From Lepidodermella squamata (taxonomy: Eukaryota > Animalia > Gastrotricha): a stretch of 64,000 nucleotides of DNA. Both the position numbers and the translations under genes were made by a program. Below the pieces are notes generated by a model. It was not told the DNA's origin, searched no databases, and saw only the letters and a list, made by a program, of their open reading frames with translations. Positions 26,938 to 38,790 of the stretch are shown here, in pieces (positions within the stretch are counted from its first letter, which is position 1; each line of letters begins with the position of its first letter). The stretch covers positions 1,426,001 through 1,490,000 of the forward strand of contig JBLDXI010000009.1 in NCBI GenBank assembly GCA_047495785.1. Reading direction: 5' to 3'.

Positions 26938-27190
26938 TATTTCGAAGCAATGTCCAGCGCTATTAGCTTTCAATTTTCTGGATCGGAATAACTTGCACGT
27001 ATTCGCTGAATTTCTCAACATTTCAACCCAATTAAACTCAAATTCTTCGGCTTCAAATTCAACAATTTTTTATTTCATCTAGTCAAACATCACGCGGGGG
27101 CCAAGTGCTTCTGAATAATAAGCGGCAAAATGTTGTACGTAGTATAAAAAAGTGCATCATTATTATCATCATCACCATTATTATCAACAA

Positions 27191-29080
27191 TCAGCTGTCG
27201 AAAAAAGCTCTATTAATAATATCTAAAATAGACGTATAAACAGGACAGGACCGATCGGCGGGTTTGCACGTCGACATGTGATCGACTTTCATCGGCATCT
27301 GCCGCCCACAGCCGGCTCCGAACGCCGAATGCTCCGGCACAACAACAGCCGCGAGAGGCCGCAGTCCGAGCAGGTAAGTCGGCTCGCTTTCACTCACGCT
27401 GAATACTTGGTAATCGAATTTAGCCGTCAACTCAATGAAAGCGCGGCGCAGTTGTAGCAAATGCGGCGAATCCGTTCGAATCTCCTCGAGCTCGGACGAC
27501 ACAAGGCCGAGAATATTGGCGTATTTAGCCGGTTGGTCCGCAATCGGTGAGCCCACGTGGGGTGTGCTCAGGAAAACTACAGCCTTCGTATTTTCCGCAA
27601 ACTTATCGTTTTGAAGTAACATCGATTTAACGAAAATTCCTGATTAAAAAATCCAGCTTAAAAATTTGAATTAAATATTTTTTTTATAAAACACACCTCC
27701 GAATGAATGAGTAATCCAAACAATGGCATTATCGCCCAAACCCGACATTTCCAGATCGAGCATGAGATGGCGGGCCCTGAAAGCTAGCGGCTCGGCACAG
27801 TGGCTCAATCCAGGAAGCACTGAGTGGTACTGCACGCCAAAAAAGCGCGTTTTCCCGATCAGTCTCGAGTCGACGTCATATGGAAGCCAATCAGCTGGCC
27901 AACAGGCGCCAGGGCTAGCGTGCGTATCGCCGAGTTGGCGCCACGTAAAAATCGCACCGCCTTGAATGCCATGCACGAAAACCACGTCCAGCTTACGAGA
28001 AGGCTTATCATCGTCATCCTCGTTATGATAGACATTTCGCCAAACAGGGTAATACAACCCAACAGAGCTTTTCAGTTTCGGAGCGAAGAACGGGTCCAAA
28101 TTTTTGAGAGCACGAATCGCTTCGTAAGAAACTGATCGATTCATCGCAGAGTCTAGCGCCCAATTTTGTAAAATGGATAAAAAGCCGCGTTCGAAAATTG
28201 ATTGACGCTGCCGTTTCGAAAACTCGGCATTCGTGAATGAAGCAAGATTAGCGAAGATCGCTGAAATTAACCGCCGCGGCGAGTCGGAAATTTCGACAGA
28301 ACTGTCCAGCCGAAGCACTTTTTCAATCAAGTCGAACAAGCCGAGATGCTCGCAAATAGAATTAGCTAGTTCGTGGTCGTTTAAACGGCAAGCGTTTTCG
28401 AGGCCCTTCAAAATGGGCGTGAGAAAAAGCTCCAGTTTTTGAGCGACAATATTTTTGGTCCGATTTTCATTCGTCATCTGGTTCGCTTCTTCAATCGCAA
28501 AGGGCGAGAAGTCCCGTTTTGGCTTGAGGAAATTCAAACTGCTTTTAACTTGGTCATTAATCGCTCGAACTTCATTAAGGGTGTTTTTGATGAAAATCAA
28601 CGAACAAGGGTCGAGCCGCACCTCGGCAGAGCTGGATAAACGATTCAAGCCTTCAACAAAAGCTGCTTCAACTTCACCGAATTCGACATCTAGCGCTAGT
28701 CTGACCGTTGGGAAGAGCAAGCTATTATTTAGCCGGTGGCCATATGACGCCAGGGCAAACGCGCAATCGGGGGACATGGCTCGCCCGGCGAAAATTCGTC
28801 GTTTAGCACTCCAGGTTTTCCAATAAGTAGCAATGAGCCGAACAGCTCTGCTCCGAATTTTGTCGGGCTTATCATTATTATTAGCCAGGCGGACGAGTAA
28901 CTCGAGTTGAGAAGACGGGCGTTGAAAGACGTGGTTCCAAACATCGATAGGACTGACATAGATCAAGTCGTCATCTTTCGGCTTTTTAGCAGGTAAGTAA
29001 TACTGATTGCGCTGAATCGCAACAGATCCGACTCCGAGACCGGTTAACAGACTCACGAGAGCAAAGGATGGCTTTCTCAT
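27191..29080 (-). CDS. SERAC1: SERAC1-like alpha/beta hydrolase, 2 exons
   Basis: N-terminal hydrophobic anchor, ARM-like region, DVVFVHGIQG, CWPADWLP, WITHSFGG, FLSTPHVGS and DHMSTCKP. Confidence 0.88.
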
Positions 29081-29177
29081 GGGTCTCACTCAATTTTAAA
29101 GACGGCATGCTAGCCACCCTAAATATTATAAAAAACGCAGAATTATTAACGTTACTAACAAGAGTATTAATTCAAAT

Positions 29178-30687
29178 TCATTGATGACCAGAAATAGCAA
29201 GACGACGCTCGCTGTCTATATTGCAACGCAATTCTTCATCACATTGAGACAACATATTTTCAACTTCAGAAACTATTTGCGATTTCGGTGGGTAAGCTAT
29301 CGATAAAATTGAGTGCGCCTCCTGCAAATTGCGGAGAGCCCCACCTTCAAGATCGCTGCCTAAAAACAACATAATCTTTCCGATTTTCGCCAATAAAAGG
29401 CCAAGCAACGGGTAGTTTTTTGGTAAGTGTTCGCGGTAGCCTTCCAAGGCCAAATTCGCGTAATCAAGAGCCGCAGACCATTGAGCAAGTGAAATGCAGG
29501 CTTCAGTCGCACAATCAGCCAAAATAGTCACGAATACGTTAGTTTTGTGCAACACGGGTTTGACGCGATCGAGACATGACTTAGCCATGGAAAGCACTTC
29601 TTCAGAAGTATCACTCATTTTCTCCTGGACATCCAATTTCCGAGTTTTAAGTTGTTCAATCGTAAATTGAGCATCGTTCAGGGCGTTTTCAATTTTCAGC
29701 TCGTAATCCGGGCCGAAGTCAGCAGATTTGCATTCAACGCAAGCGTAACCGTTTTCGATTTTCAGACACGCTGAGCCACAATGGGAACAACAGCCAGCGT
29801 TCATTTTAGCATCACCGTTCGATGACTTGTCACAAACCGGGCAATCGCACGTGAAATAGTACTGAGTTCGCAGTTGAGATTGACGTTCTTCCCTTGTTTG
29901 CAGCAGATCTACGTAATTTATCGTCAATTTCTCCTGATCAGTGTCAACAGCGCTCAGCGAGCGAAGCAACAAACGAGTTCCAGCAAAAACAGGCGCGCAA
30001 TTCGGTCGACAACTATGGTCGAGAGCAGACGGCGAGAGATAAATGCCAGTGCCTAATATCGTCATTTCGTCATCGACTATTTTGATGCCATTAATGCAAA
30101 TTATTCCAAATAAAGTCAGCAATAAAGAAGTATCAGGCATTCGAAATTCCACTCCTGTTGAAACTAAAGCATCGACTAGCCGCTTGATTGTAACCCTATG
30201 TAAAAACGACAAAATTTAAGACGCCCACTTTTGCAATGAACAAATTTACTCACATAATATGAGCGAATTGTTCAGATCTCGCCAGATCAATGCGTACGTC
30301 ATCTTTATGAGAACAAAGGTCGAAAGGCGACGTTTTCCATCCCGGATCTTTTTCGTCAATCGAAAGAAGAGATCGATCTAGGTACATTTCCAGCAAATAG
30401 AACAGCAGCCGCACTGTTTCGGTTGGAACCCAATCTTGGGGAGACGATGAAGATTTCGCCAGAGCTTTAATAGCTGCGCATTCGTTGCGGTGAAGCGGCC
30501 AGAGCTTCTGCTGGCAGTCCTTGCCGCAAAAATAAACAACTTTGCATGCGGAACACCGGCTTAACGAACTGCTGCTCGAAGAAGGCAGTTGGAAACAAGC
30601 GTCACATCGCCTTCCTCGGAAATGATTCGCAAGAATACTGCAAATCGGGGCGACATCTAATATTGTTGTTCCAGCTGAATATTTCAT
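29178..30687 (-). CDS. SMYD-family SET-MYND lysine methyltransferase (SMYD3-like), 2 exons
   Basis: MYND CDAC..CSAC..FCGKDCQ..HRNEC, SET GIYLSPSALDHSCRPNC, post-SET YYFTCDCPVC and a TPR-like C-terminus. Confidence 0.92.
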
Positions 30688-30763
30688 TATAAAACAAACC
30701 TAATAATAAATTGAATATCATTAATTTATTTCAACATAAAAAAGTTGCAATATAAATGATTAT

Positions 30764-32298
30764 TTATTCGAAAAAATCTTCAGCCCTCTTAGCCGCCGAT
30801 GAAGGCTTTGACAAGGAAGAAGAAGGCAAGGGCGATGACCTGACGGGGGTGCCTTTGTCCTGCGCTTTTCTCACCAATGAGGGGGTAGACGGTGTCTTCG
30901 GTGAACGCGCGATGGGAGACGGCGTGTATGAGCTTGAAAAGCCAGATCTAACCGATTGGCCTGTTGCGATGCGGTTTACGAATAGTTTTTGAGCTGCAGG
31001 TGACATAGAGGCGATGCGCTGGCTAGGACTTGCATAACGGCGAACCGAATCAGCTGCTGTTTTCAAAGCGGTTTGCTTCTTATCCCGATTGTGCCTGGCA
31101 GCTCGCTCAGCCAAATCAATAGCTATTAGCTCTCGTTCTGGCACGTCTGGAATTTTGAAAGCAGGCGCTGATAAGGGAGTGGCTGACGGATCCACCATCA
31201 CAGGGGTGCTGTCTAATTGACCCCACGTCATGAAAGGAGATTCGCCCATAGCTCCGGGGGCAGGCGATGGGGTTGCAACAAATTTGTATCCGCCAACATT
31301 AGGAGTGTTACCCGATGTTACCTCTCTTCCGTCGACGCCTATTCTGCCCTCGAGTTTATTGCGGAATAGGGAACTACTGGTAGATGGCCTGTTAACGCCA
31401 ATAGTCGTTGATACTTTAAATCTAGTGTTTTCATACACTACAGCTCGAGGTTTACGCGCAGCTTCTTCGAGTTTTTCCTTCTCCGATAGCGGAATACCCT
31501 CAGGGATGAACATTACAGAATTTTGAGCTTTATGGTTCCATGTCACAAGATCTCGATTCGCTTGATTATCGTCTAAAGCAGCAACTTGTCCTGCAGCGTC
31601 CGGAAGCGCCAATAGCTTTTCGGTTTTCTGTCACGTTATCATAAATTACAGCTGAGCTATGTGGTATTTTGGATGTAACTAACCTGCTTCTCCACCAGCG
31701 AGGAATGGTACAGCCACGGTTTTCTGATACGTTTTTGCTTTTCTGCATCATCCATTAAATGGACAAGAGCGGCATCGTCTTCACTGGTGAAGTTTGATAA
31801 ATATTGGTCCAAATGCAAATCTTCAGATGAACGCTCTGCGAAAATGTCATCCAATATGTCTCAAATTGAAGTGAGAAGAAAACAAACTTTTCGGAGGTTC
31901 CGGATTGCTCAAAGCTAAATCATCGCTTTCGAGTGGACGTTTCCCAGAACTCGAAGATGGCTCAGGTGTTTCAAACGATAGCGGTGTTGTGCCTATTATA
32001 AAATATTATCAAATGAGAAGGTGTAATGATCTAAATACTAACCATATTTCAGTCGTTTGGATGAGTCATCCTGCATCTTCATTTGAATTAACCGCAACTT
32101 TGCCACGTCATTGCGTTCGAGTGCTTCATAATATTCCTTCTGTGTTTTCAGTGTTTCCAAATCAGGATAGAAATCTCTTTCGATAATTTTTTCCAGGTCC
32201 TGAAATCAAAATTAGGAGGCGTAAGAGAAAGTAATCCAAGATCCTCGAATTCTCACCTGAACAAACTTGGTTTCACTGAGTGTCTTTCTCGAATCCAT
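30764..32298 (-). CDS. ESS2: Splicing factor ESS2/DGCR14, multi-exon
   Basis: Spliced N-terminus MDSRKTLSETKFVQ|DLEKIIERDFYPDLE, LDQYLSNFTSEDDA, AQNSVMFIP, GYKFVATPSPAPG, SPFMTWGQL and a C-terminal RAEDFF. Confidence 0.9.
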
Positions 32299-33499
32299 CT
32301 ATTCATAATCCTATAATTGAATATAAACAAAATCAGTATGCGTGTCATTAAGCTCAATTGCAGACATGGGAATAACAGAGGATGGCGTAATTGCCAGGAC
32401 CCTTTGAAAATCAGTCATTCAATAAATAAGCTTTTGAAATTAACAAAAACGTGATTGAAATCCCTGAAGATTCGAAAAGCTCGACGATCTGACGATGCTC
32501 AAAATATCATTCAAAACGAATTCCCTTTGATCTTTGAGACTGGGAACATGTGCAATTCTTGTTAATTTTGCACAGTCAGGTAGTAGCGCGACCAACGTAA
32601 TACATTTCTCTGGAGAAGAAAATGTGGTCAACCGTATTTTCAAGCAGGAGTAATTTTGACTTCCCATGGGGTTTTACCCATTTTGTTGTCATTGATGAAC
32701 AAATTAGCTTTGATCAGGATTGGTCTCCAATTACCAAGACTGATACTTCTCCGACAAGGTCACCACACCGTGACTTGCTCGGCAAGGTTTGTGCACCGGA
32801 GTGGACTTATTCCTCAACGCGAACACCACCACTCTTCTCCGCCTGTCATCTGATGCGATTACACACAAATCGGCATAATGTCAAAAGAGCCATTTCGTCC
32901 ATCCATTTCGACTAGACTACATCAATTATATATTTTTTAGGCAAGAAGGAAGCTTTAAAGGTGAATCGAGCTCTTGCTGCTTGGTACCATCAGCTACTAA
33001 AGCTTCACCCCAGCCAAAAGTTCATTTCGAGATCGAAAAATCATTCATTACGCGGGTTATTCACAACTTTTCATCACATAAAATTACGAATTAATTGTTT
33101 TATGTTATAATCTAATTAAGAATTTATAAATCGTTAAACTGATTACTGGAAATGAAAAAATTGGCAATCAGCCGCGTGGTCTCGTCTAGTCCCAGAGCAC
33201 GTGCTCAAAGCGGCAGACGGAGCCGGCAGGGCATTCGAGTACACGTTAACCCCGAAGTGGCCACCGTTCTGCCTTACATTGTCAAAACGAAAGTAAATCG
33301 CAAGCTACACTTTCGAGGTTTGGAATATTTTTTGCGCAGATTATTGCTTTCAAATACTGCTTTGTGGCTCGACTGTTTGCCACCTTGCTCCATCTACATA
33401 CACTATCACATCGTTCCTCGTATCGCTTAGTTCTGAATTCTATTCCTTGATTGAAATTATCTCATCATTAAACATAGAAATGTTTCAGTTAAAGTATAA

Positions 33500-35404
33500 A
33501 TGCCTTTAGAGAGATCGCATGTAATCGTTATATGCTCAGTCAGTCCTTTTATTGTTGGCTTGGCTGCTTATTATTGGTATCGTTCCCGAAGGTTATCTGT
33601 CCCTAACAAAGAAAGTGCGGATTCGACTGCAGCGTCAAAGGTTGATTCAAGTCCTTCGATATCCACCAAACAGGCCGTTTCAAATTTATCAAATACATCG
33701 GAGAAGTCAAACGACATCGAAATGACTCGCCAGAAGCGTGATAAAAATCAAAGTTCCGCCACTGACTTGGCACCTGCTGCCTCCCAAAATCAGCCAGTTG
33801 CTGCAGTTTCATCCAAGGCCGTGGATTGCCAAACAGCCCTTTTACAAAACCGAACAATCGATAGCATCGATGTGAATGAAAATCATATTACCGCTCCGGT
33901 AAAATCATCGGAAGATCTCTCGAATGAAACTCGTGTTCAAGAAGAACATACTATTGATGAAGAGGTTAACGTTGCTCAGTCAGATCATACTAATTCTGAA
34001 CCTGGCTCTTTGGGAGTTCGAGTTGAATCGAATTTTAGTGATACTCATACTGAGGTTTGCGGATTATTTACTGTTCTTAATTATTGTTTATTATTGTCGT
34101 TTCTGTAGGCTGACAGTGGTCTCGGTGGCAATGCTGATAGCATCGTTTTCAAATTTGATTTCCCCAGTGATCTTGTCGGTTTATTAATCGGCAACCATGG
34201 TCGTAATGTAAAAATGCTTCAAGAAAAGTCAGGCGCTCGTGTTAGAATTGAGAGATCCACTTTCTCTTCTCAGTATCAAGTATGCGTCGTCGAAGGTAGG
34301 TTACAAATGACAAGAAAATGTCTCTTATTAACCATATATAAACAGGTGCTTCACACTGTGTCGATGTTGCTTTGGAGTTGATCAGAGATCGCTTCCCACA
34401 CCTTGATCTTAGCCAACTGACGAGCGAACCGAATGCCGCTGCAGAGCTAGCATCTGCTCCAGTTCCGATTCCTCAGGTAATCTCGCATTTTATTTAACGA
34501 CCCAAGCTAATATATCTCTACATTTATAGCTACGGATTCCTCAACATACCTTTTCCGATGTTTGTATTTCTACCATCGTTTCCGCCAATAACTTGTATCT
34601 GCAACAACCCACCCATCCGTACTTTCGCGAACTCGAACTACTCACTCAACAAATGAACGCCGTTTATTCTGATTTTGGTGCCCCTCACCTACCAGAACAA
34701 ATACCCGGTAAGTAGTTCATGAGCAAGAACAATACCTATCATTAGCGCGGAAATAAGCTCTTGCTTCTCGCACACTTCTAATATGGTCAAGCGTTTTAAC
34801 GTACCTTGACCAAGCATTGTGTGCCATATTATTTTCCAAATCACTTTGTGCACTTGGCCGAGTCGTTTATACTTCAGATGTCTTGTGCGCCATTAAGTTT
34901 GGTTACATTTTTTCTTGTTTATTTTCAGTTGGAGTAATTTGCGCAGCACCGTGGATTGATCAAATTGCGTACTGCCGCGCACTCATCCTTTCGGTGAATG
35001 AAAGCACTGGCATTTGTCAAGTACGCTACGTTGATCACGGCAGCACTGTTGAACTTCCTATCTGCAGCTTGCGGCAGATCCGGTATGACTCCCGTTTTAA
35101 TGAGATTATCAATTGATTAAAGTTATCGTTTTGTAGATCTGATTTTCTAAGGTTACCATTCCAAGCGACGGAATGTTATCTTTCTAACGTCACTCCCCTC
35201 GACGGGCAAGACTCATTTTCACCTGAGGCTGCTGCGTTAGTTCAGAAGCTCACAGAAGGCTATGTCCTACTATGTTGGGTTCACGGCTTTGCTCAAGATG
35301 GCAAGCCGATGGTTGAACTGTACCTCCGTCACGGCGCACAAAAAGTATCTGTCAACAAACTGTTGGTTGAAAACGGTTTCGCGAAATGGACGGATAGCGT
35401 TTGA
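33500..35404 (+). CDS. AKAP1: AKAP1/spoonbill-like protein (N-terminal mitochondrial anchor, KH and Tudor domains), 6 exons
   Basis: TM segment with YYWYRSRR, DTHTE|ADSGLG, KH VGLLIGNHGRNVK, Tudor QQPTHPYF, YCRALI, VRYVDHG and LRQIR|SDFLRLPFQATECYL. Confidence 0.88.
34768..34910 (+). ncRNA. Intronic box H/ACA snoRNA in AKAP1 intron 4
   Basis: Hairpin 1: GCACAC/GTGTGC and TGGTCAAG/CTTGACCA around a pocket. H box ATATTA at 34826-34831. Hairpin 2: CCAAA/TTTGG and GTGCAC/GTGCGC around a pocket. ACA at 34905-34907 then TTT. Both pockets are complementary to conserved rRNA. Confidence 0.85.
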
Positions 35405-35682
35405 CAGCGAATGATTCCATATGTATAAACACATAACATGAAATGACATTTAATTAAATGTAACTGCAAGCAAATTTAACAATTCTATTATTTTCTTGGA
35501 CATATATTGAAACGCGTATAGAATGCAAATAACCAATTTGATTGAAATATTGCAACGGCACTCGCAATACTATCTGGCGTCTTTTCTTGCTTTCCCCTCT
35601 CCTTCATTCTTCTTGCTCTTCCTCTCTAGTTTTATGCAGCAACTGTCTTTCGACTACGAATGGCTGCTCACGCGTCTTTTTC

Positions 35683-35702
35683 TTGTTGTTGTTGTTGTTG
35701 TT
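35683..35702 (+). repeat. (TTG)n microsatellite
   Basis: Run of ttgttgttg... Confidence 0.8.
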
Positions 35703-38700
35703 GACTCGTCGGGGATCGAATATTAGTTCAAAGCTCAAGGGTTCTCTTATCACAGGTGTGTGTACAGCTATTATTCATTGAAAATAAAGTGATGGAAAAT
35801 CTTGAAACAGGTTTTGCATGCGGCCTCAGCTACCAATTTCGCCGGACTCAAATAAAGATGATGCATTGTGAATATAACCAGACGTATTATATTTCCGTAT
35901 AAGACAAAATTGTTAAAAAAACAATGCGCATGTTTAGAAATGCTACTCTGTTAATATGTTATCAGATTTCCGATGCAGCCGCGATTGAAGCGACGGCTAT
36001 GCCGCAGTAGCCTCCATTCGCCATTTCCAACACTTTACCCCGGCATCAATCACAATAAATCAACTCTGTTAGCCTAGTATCTCAACAAACCAACAATTGA
36101 ATCAGTGTACATTGAAAATTGAATGTGTAATCGTTTCTTAGTTCCAGAATCCTGTAAATCGAATGAAAGTGTTACTTGCGAAATTACAAGCTTCATCCTC
36201 GATCACTTATTTCTCATTATCCATCTTCGTTTTGTTTTGTTCTCAATGACGATCCGCTGATTATTTTCAGTTTTTAAAATGGATTTGGGTAGTTTTTGCT
36301 GTTTCTTCCACATATGTTGAACTGATAATGCGTGAAAACTTTTAATGTGGCAAATATAATTTAGAAAGAAGTAAAATCAGGATTAAGACTAATTCGTTGT
36401 GTATTTTCCACCATTTTCCGAATGTCATAATATTATGAGTAACTCGAATTGGGAGTTGATTCTCATATCTATACAGGAAAGACCCATGGTATAGCGGGTT
36501 CCGCCGGGTGCTGTGAAATATTAACGGGTATCGAACAGTAAACCCAACTCAACCTGTAGCATACTCGATCATTCAGCTAAACCGAATTCTTGATCTCTGC
36601 CGCCAACGCAGTTCATCATATTGCTGAATGGAATTTTGTCAAGCCCACCTCCCTTTCTCACCTCATACTTAGCTCTTATCGCGCGAGTCGTCTCTGCAAT
36701 TTAACAATATAATCAGATAAAAATACGTAACATACGACGATCAAAAGAACCGCACGGTGGCATTGGTTTGACGCTTACAATTATGTGCTCGCGCGGGATG
36801 ATGCTTAGTTTTTATTTGAAAACCGGATCAGAATGGTTTAATTTTAAGGGGCCTTAAATAATATAGCTCCGTAGAGTAGTCCATGGAATATGAATATATT
36901 TTTCATTTTTATGAGGTGTCTTGAAACTAGTAGAACATTCAGCGGAAAAACAATCAGCGAAAAAATGAATATTAGTCAACGCCTAACTAAAATGAATCCA
37001 AAGCATTTCTTCCAACATTTTCCTTAAAATTTTACTCGTCCTAATTGCATCTGAATATTAATTAGCAACTCATGAATATTCACATTTTTTTAAATCCAGT
37101 CTGTCCGAGTTACGCTTTCTATTATTATTTCATTCGAACCCAAGTTTCGAGCTAATATTAGTTCACGCGCGTGCTTTTAAGTTACAGCTCTTAACTGTGC
37201 ACAACTTCCTCGTAGAAACGGAAAGTCCAGCTTCGCTAAACTCTCGCTGAAACAGGTTTTTGGTAGCGACACTGCAATGTCTCAATGTTTCAAGTCAGGT
37301 CACGGAACTTCGCGCGAACAAATCTAAAAGCTGACGGATAATTGTTTGGCACACGGATCGATCTGCCGTATAATATTATCATTTTCTGTCAAATAGGACC
37401 CAATAACATGCAGAGTATCATGACATTCGACAAATTTCAGGCAGGTTTAAATGCAATTTAGCCCAGGCTATGCCCCATGCATTTGTAAATATCATACTGG
37501 GTTGCGAAAAATTGTCATCGTATGGGAGGATGACAATCATGGTCAAGGCCCGGCCATCTTTGAATCGTACCATGGCGCACTCATGCACGTGACGGACGCA
37601 AAACTACCCCGATTTTAGCCTGAAAATGTTCCGAATATGATAAAAGAAGTCCGGTCCACCGTAAATCAAAATAGTCATTTTTCGTGTTGAAAAGAAACGA
37701 AAAGCTTTTTATTTTGTCCTTTTTTCCAGATAAAACGAACGAAAATGTACAATTTGGAAGGTAAGAAAAAAGGCGCAGGCACATCACGAAAAGGCGCTTG
37801 TCCGGGACAGTGCGCCACACATAACACCGGACGGGCACATACTGAAATTATCACAAGGAGCGGAATTATCAGACACAGCAGAAGACAGAAGGCTAGTGAT
37901 TAGTGGTAGGACAGCAGAGACGGAAGGTAGAGGACGGGAGAAGAAGGAGTTGAACCTGAGGTGAAATTTTGTAAAAATTAACCAGGTTCTTTGAGATCAG
38001 ATATACTTTAAGAATATGAAAACAATTCATGGTGCTGCCATGGTTTATTTTTCGCATACGACATGCGAATCACAGACCAGGGACCGGACTTTTTTGTGAG
38101 TCCATTGTTATAGCGTTTGAATTATCATCAATTGTTTTGATGCAGAGGTCCACATTAATTGTCAGATATTCGTGTTTCCAAGCTCAGGCAAAAAAACCAG
38201 CCCAGTCATGAGACCGCGGTCCACAAATAGGTGCATTACATGACTCGAAAATACTTCCAGTCCCCGACCAATGAACAGGTGCACATGAATGAGCCAGCGT
38301 TCTTTGTTCACGAGCCACATATCAAAGTTCACGGCCTAATAAAGCTGCCGCTAATAAAACTGAATTTAGGTTATAAATTTTTCAAATAAATGATAATTGT
38401 TTTCAAAAATGACAATACTTTCTTAATAAATGATATTTTCTACGTAGCAACGTAGTTAGCAACCACACTTCCCCGGTGCGTGTCTAATCGTCTGCATCGA
38501 CAAGTATTTTCGCGCAGGTTACTTGTTGAGATTACCTGCACTGAACTGTAAATAGAAAAATGAGTGCTTATTTTTTAGGATTATTTCTAGCTGAGAATCG
38601 CTGTATCGCCAAGTATCCTGTATTCTAGATTTTACTCTTCTCTGTATTTGGCATTTCATGTGCTTTTGTAATGCTTTGGTGAAAGTTTGAAATATTCCAT

Positions 38701-38790
38701 CGAAGCGTGTATTCATGTGTTCGAATATTCTTGGCGACTCCTTGCATTTTTCTGTTATCTAGATTTTCTTCTTAATGATGCGAACAGTGA

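Noticed and set aside
32989-33077. C/D snoRNA-like GTGATGA...CTGA on the - strand
   Set aside because: The terminal stem is weak and I could find no convincing rRNA complementarity of 10 nt or more.
35600-35770. Possible small minus-strand exon (SFELIFDP...EEEQEE)
   Set aside because: No start exon or recognisable homology; it could be UTR with a microsatellite.
36570-36630. Stem ATTCAGC/GCTGAAT enclosing ATGATGA...CTGA (- strand), a possible C/D snoRNA or SECIS
   Set aside because: Too short for a C/D snoRNA, no guide match, no apical AA at SECIS spacing and no selenoprotein nearby.
38444-38463. RFX X-box-like half-sites (GTAGCAAC, TTAGCAAC) upstream of TTLL3
   Set aside because: Plausible for a ciliary gene, but they are only half-sites and too weak to call.
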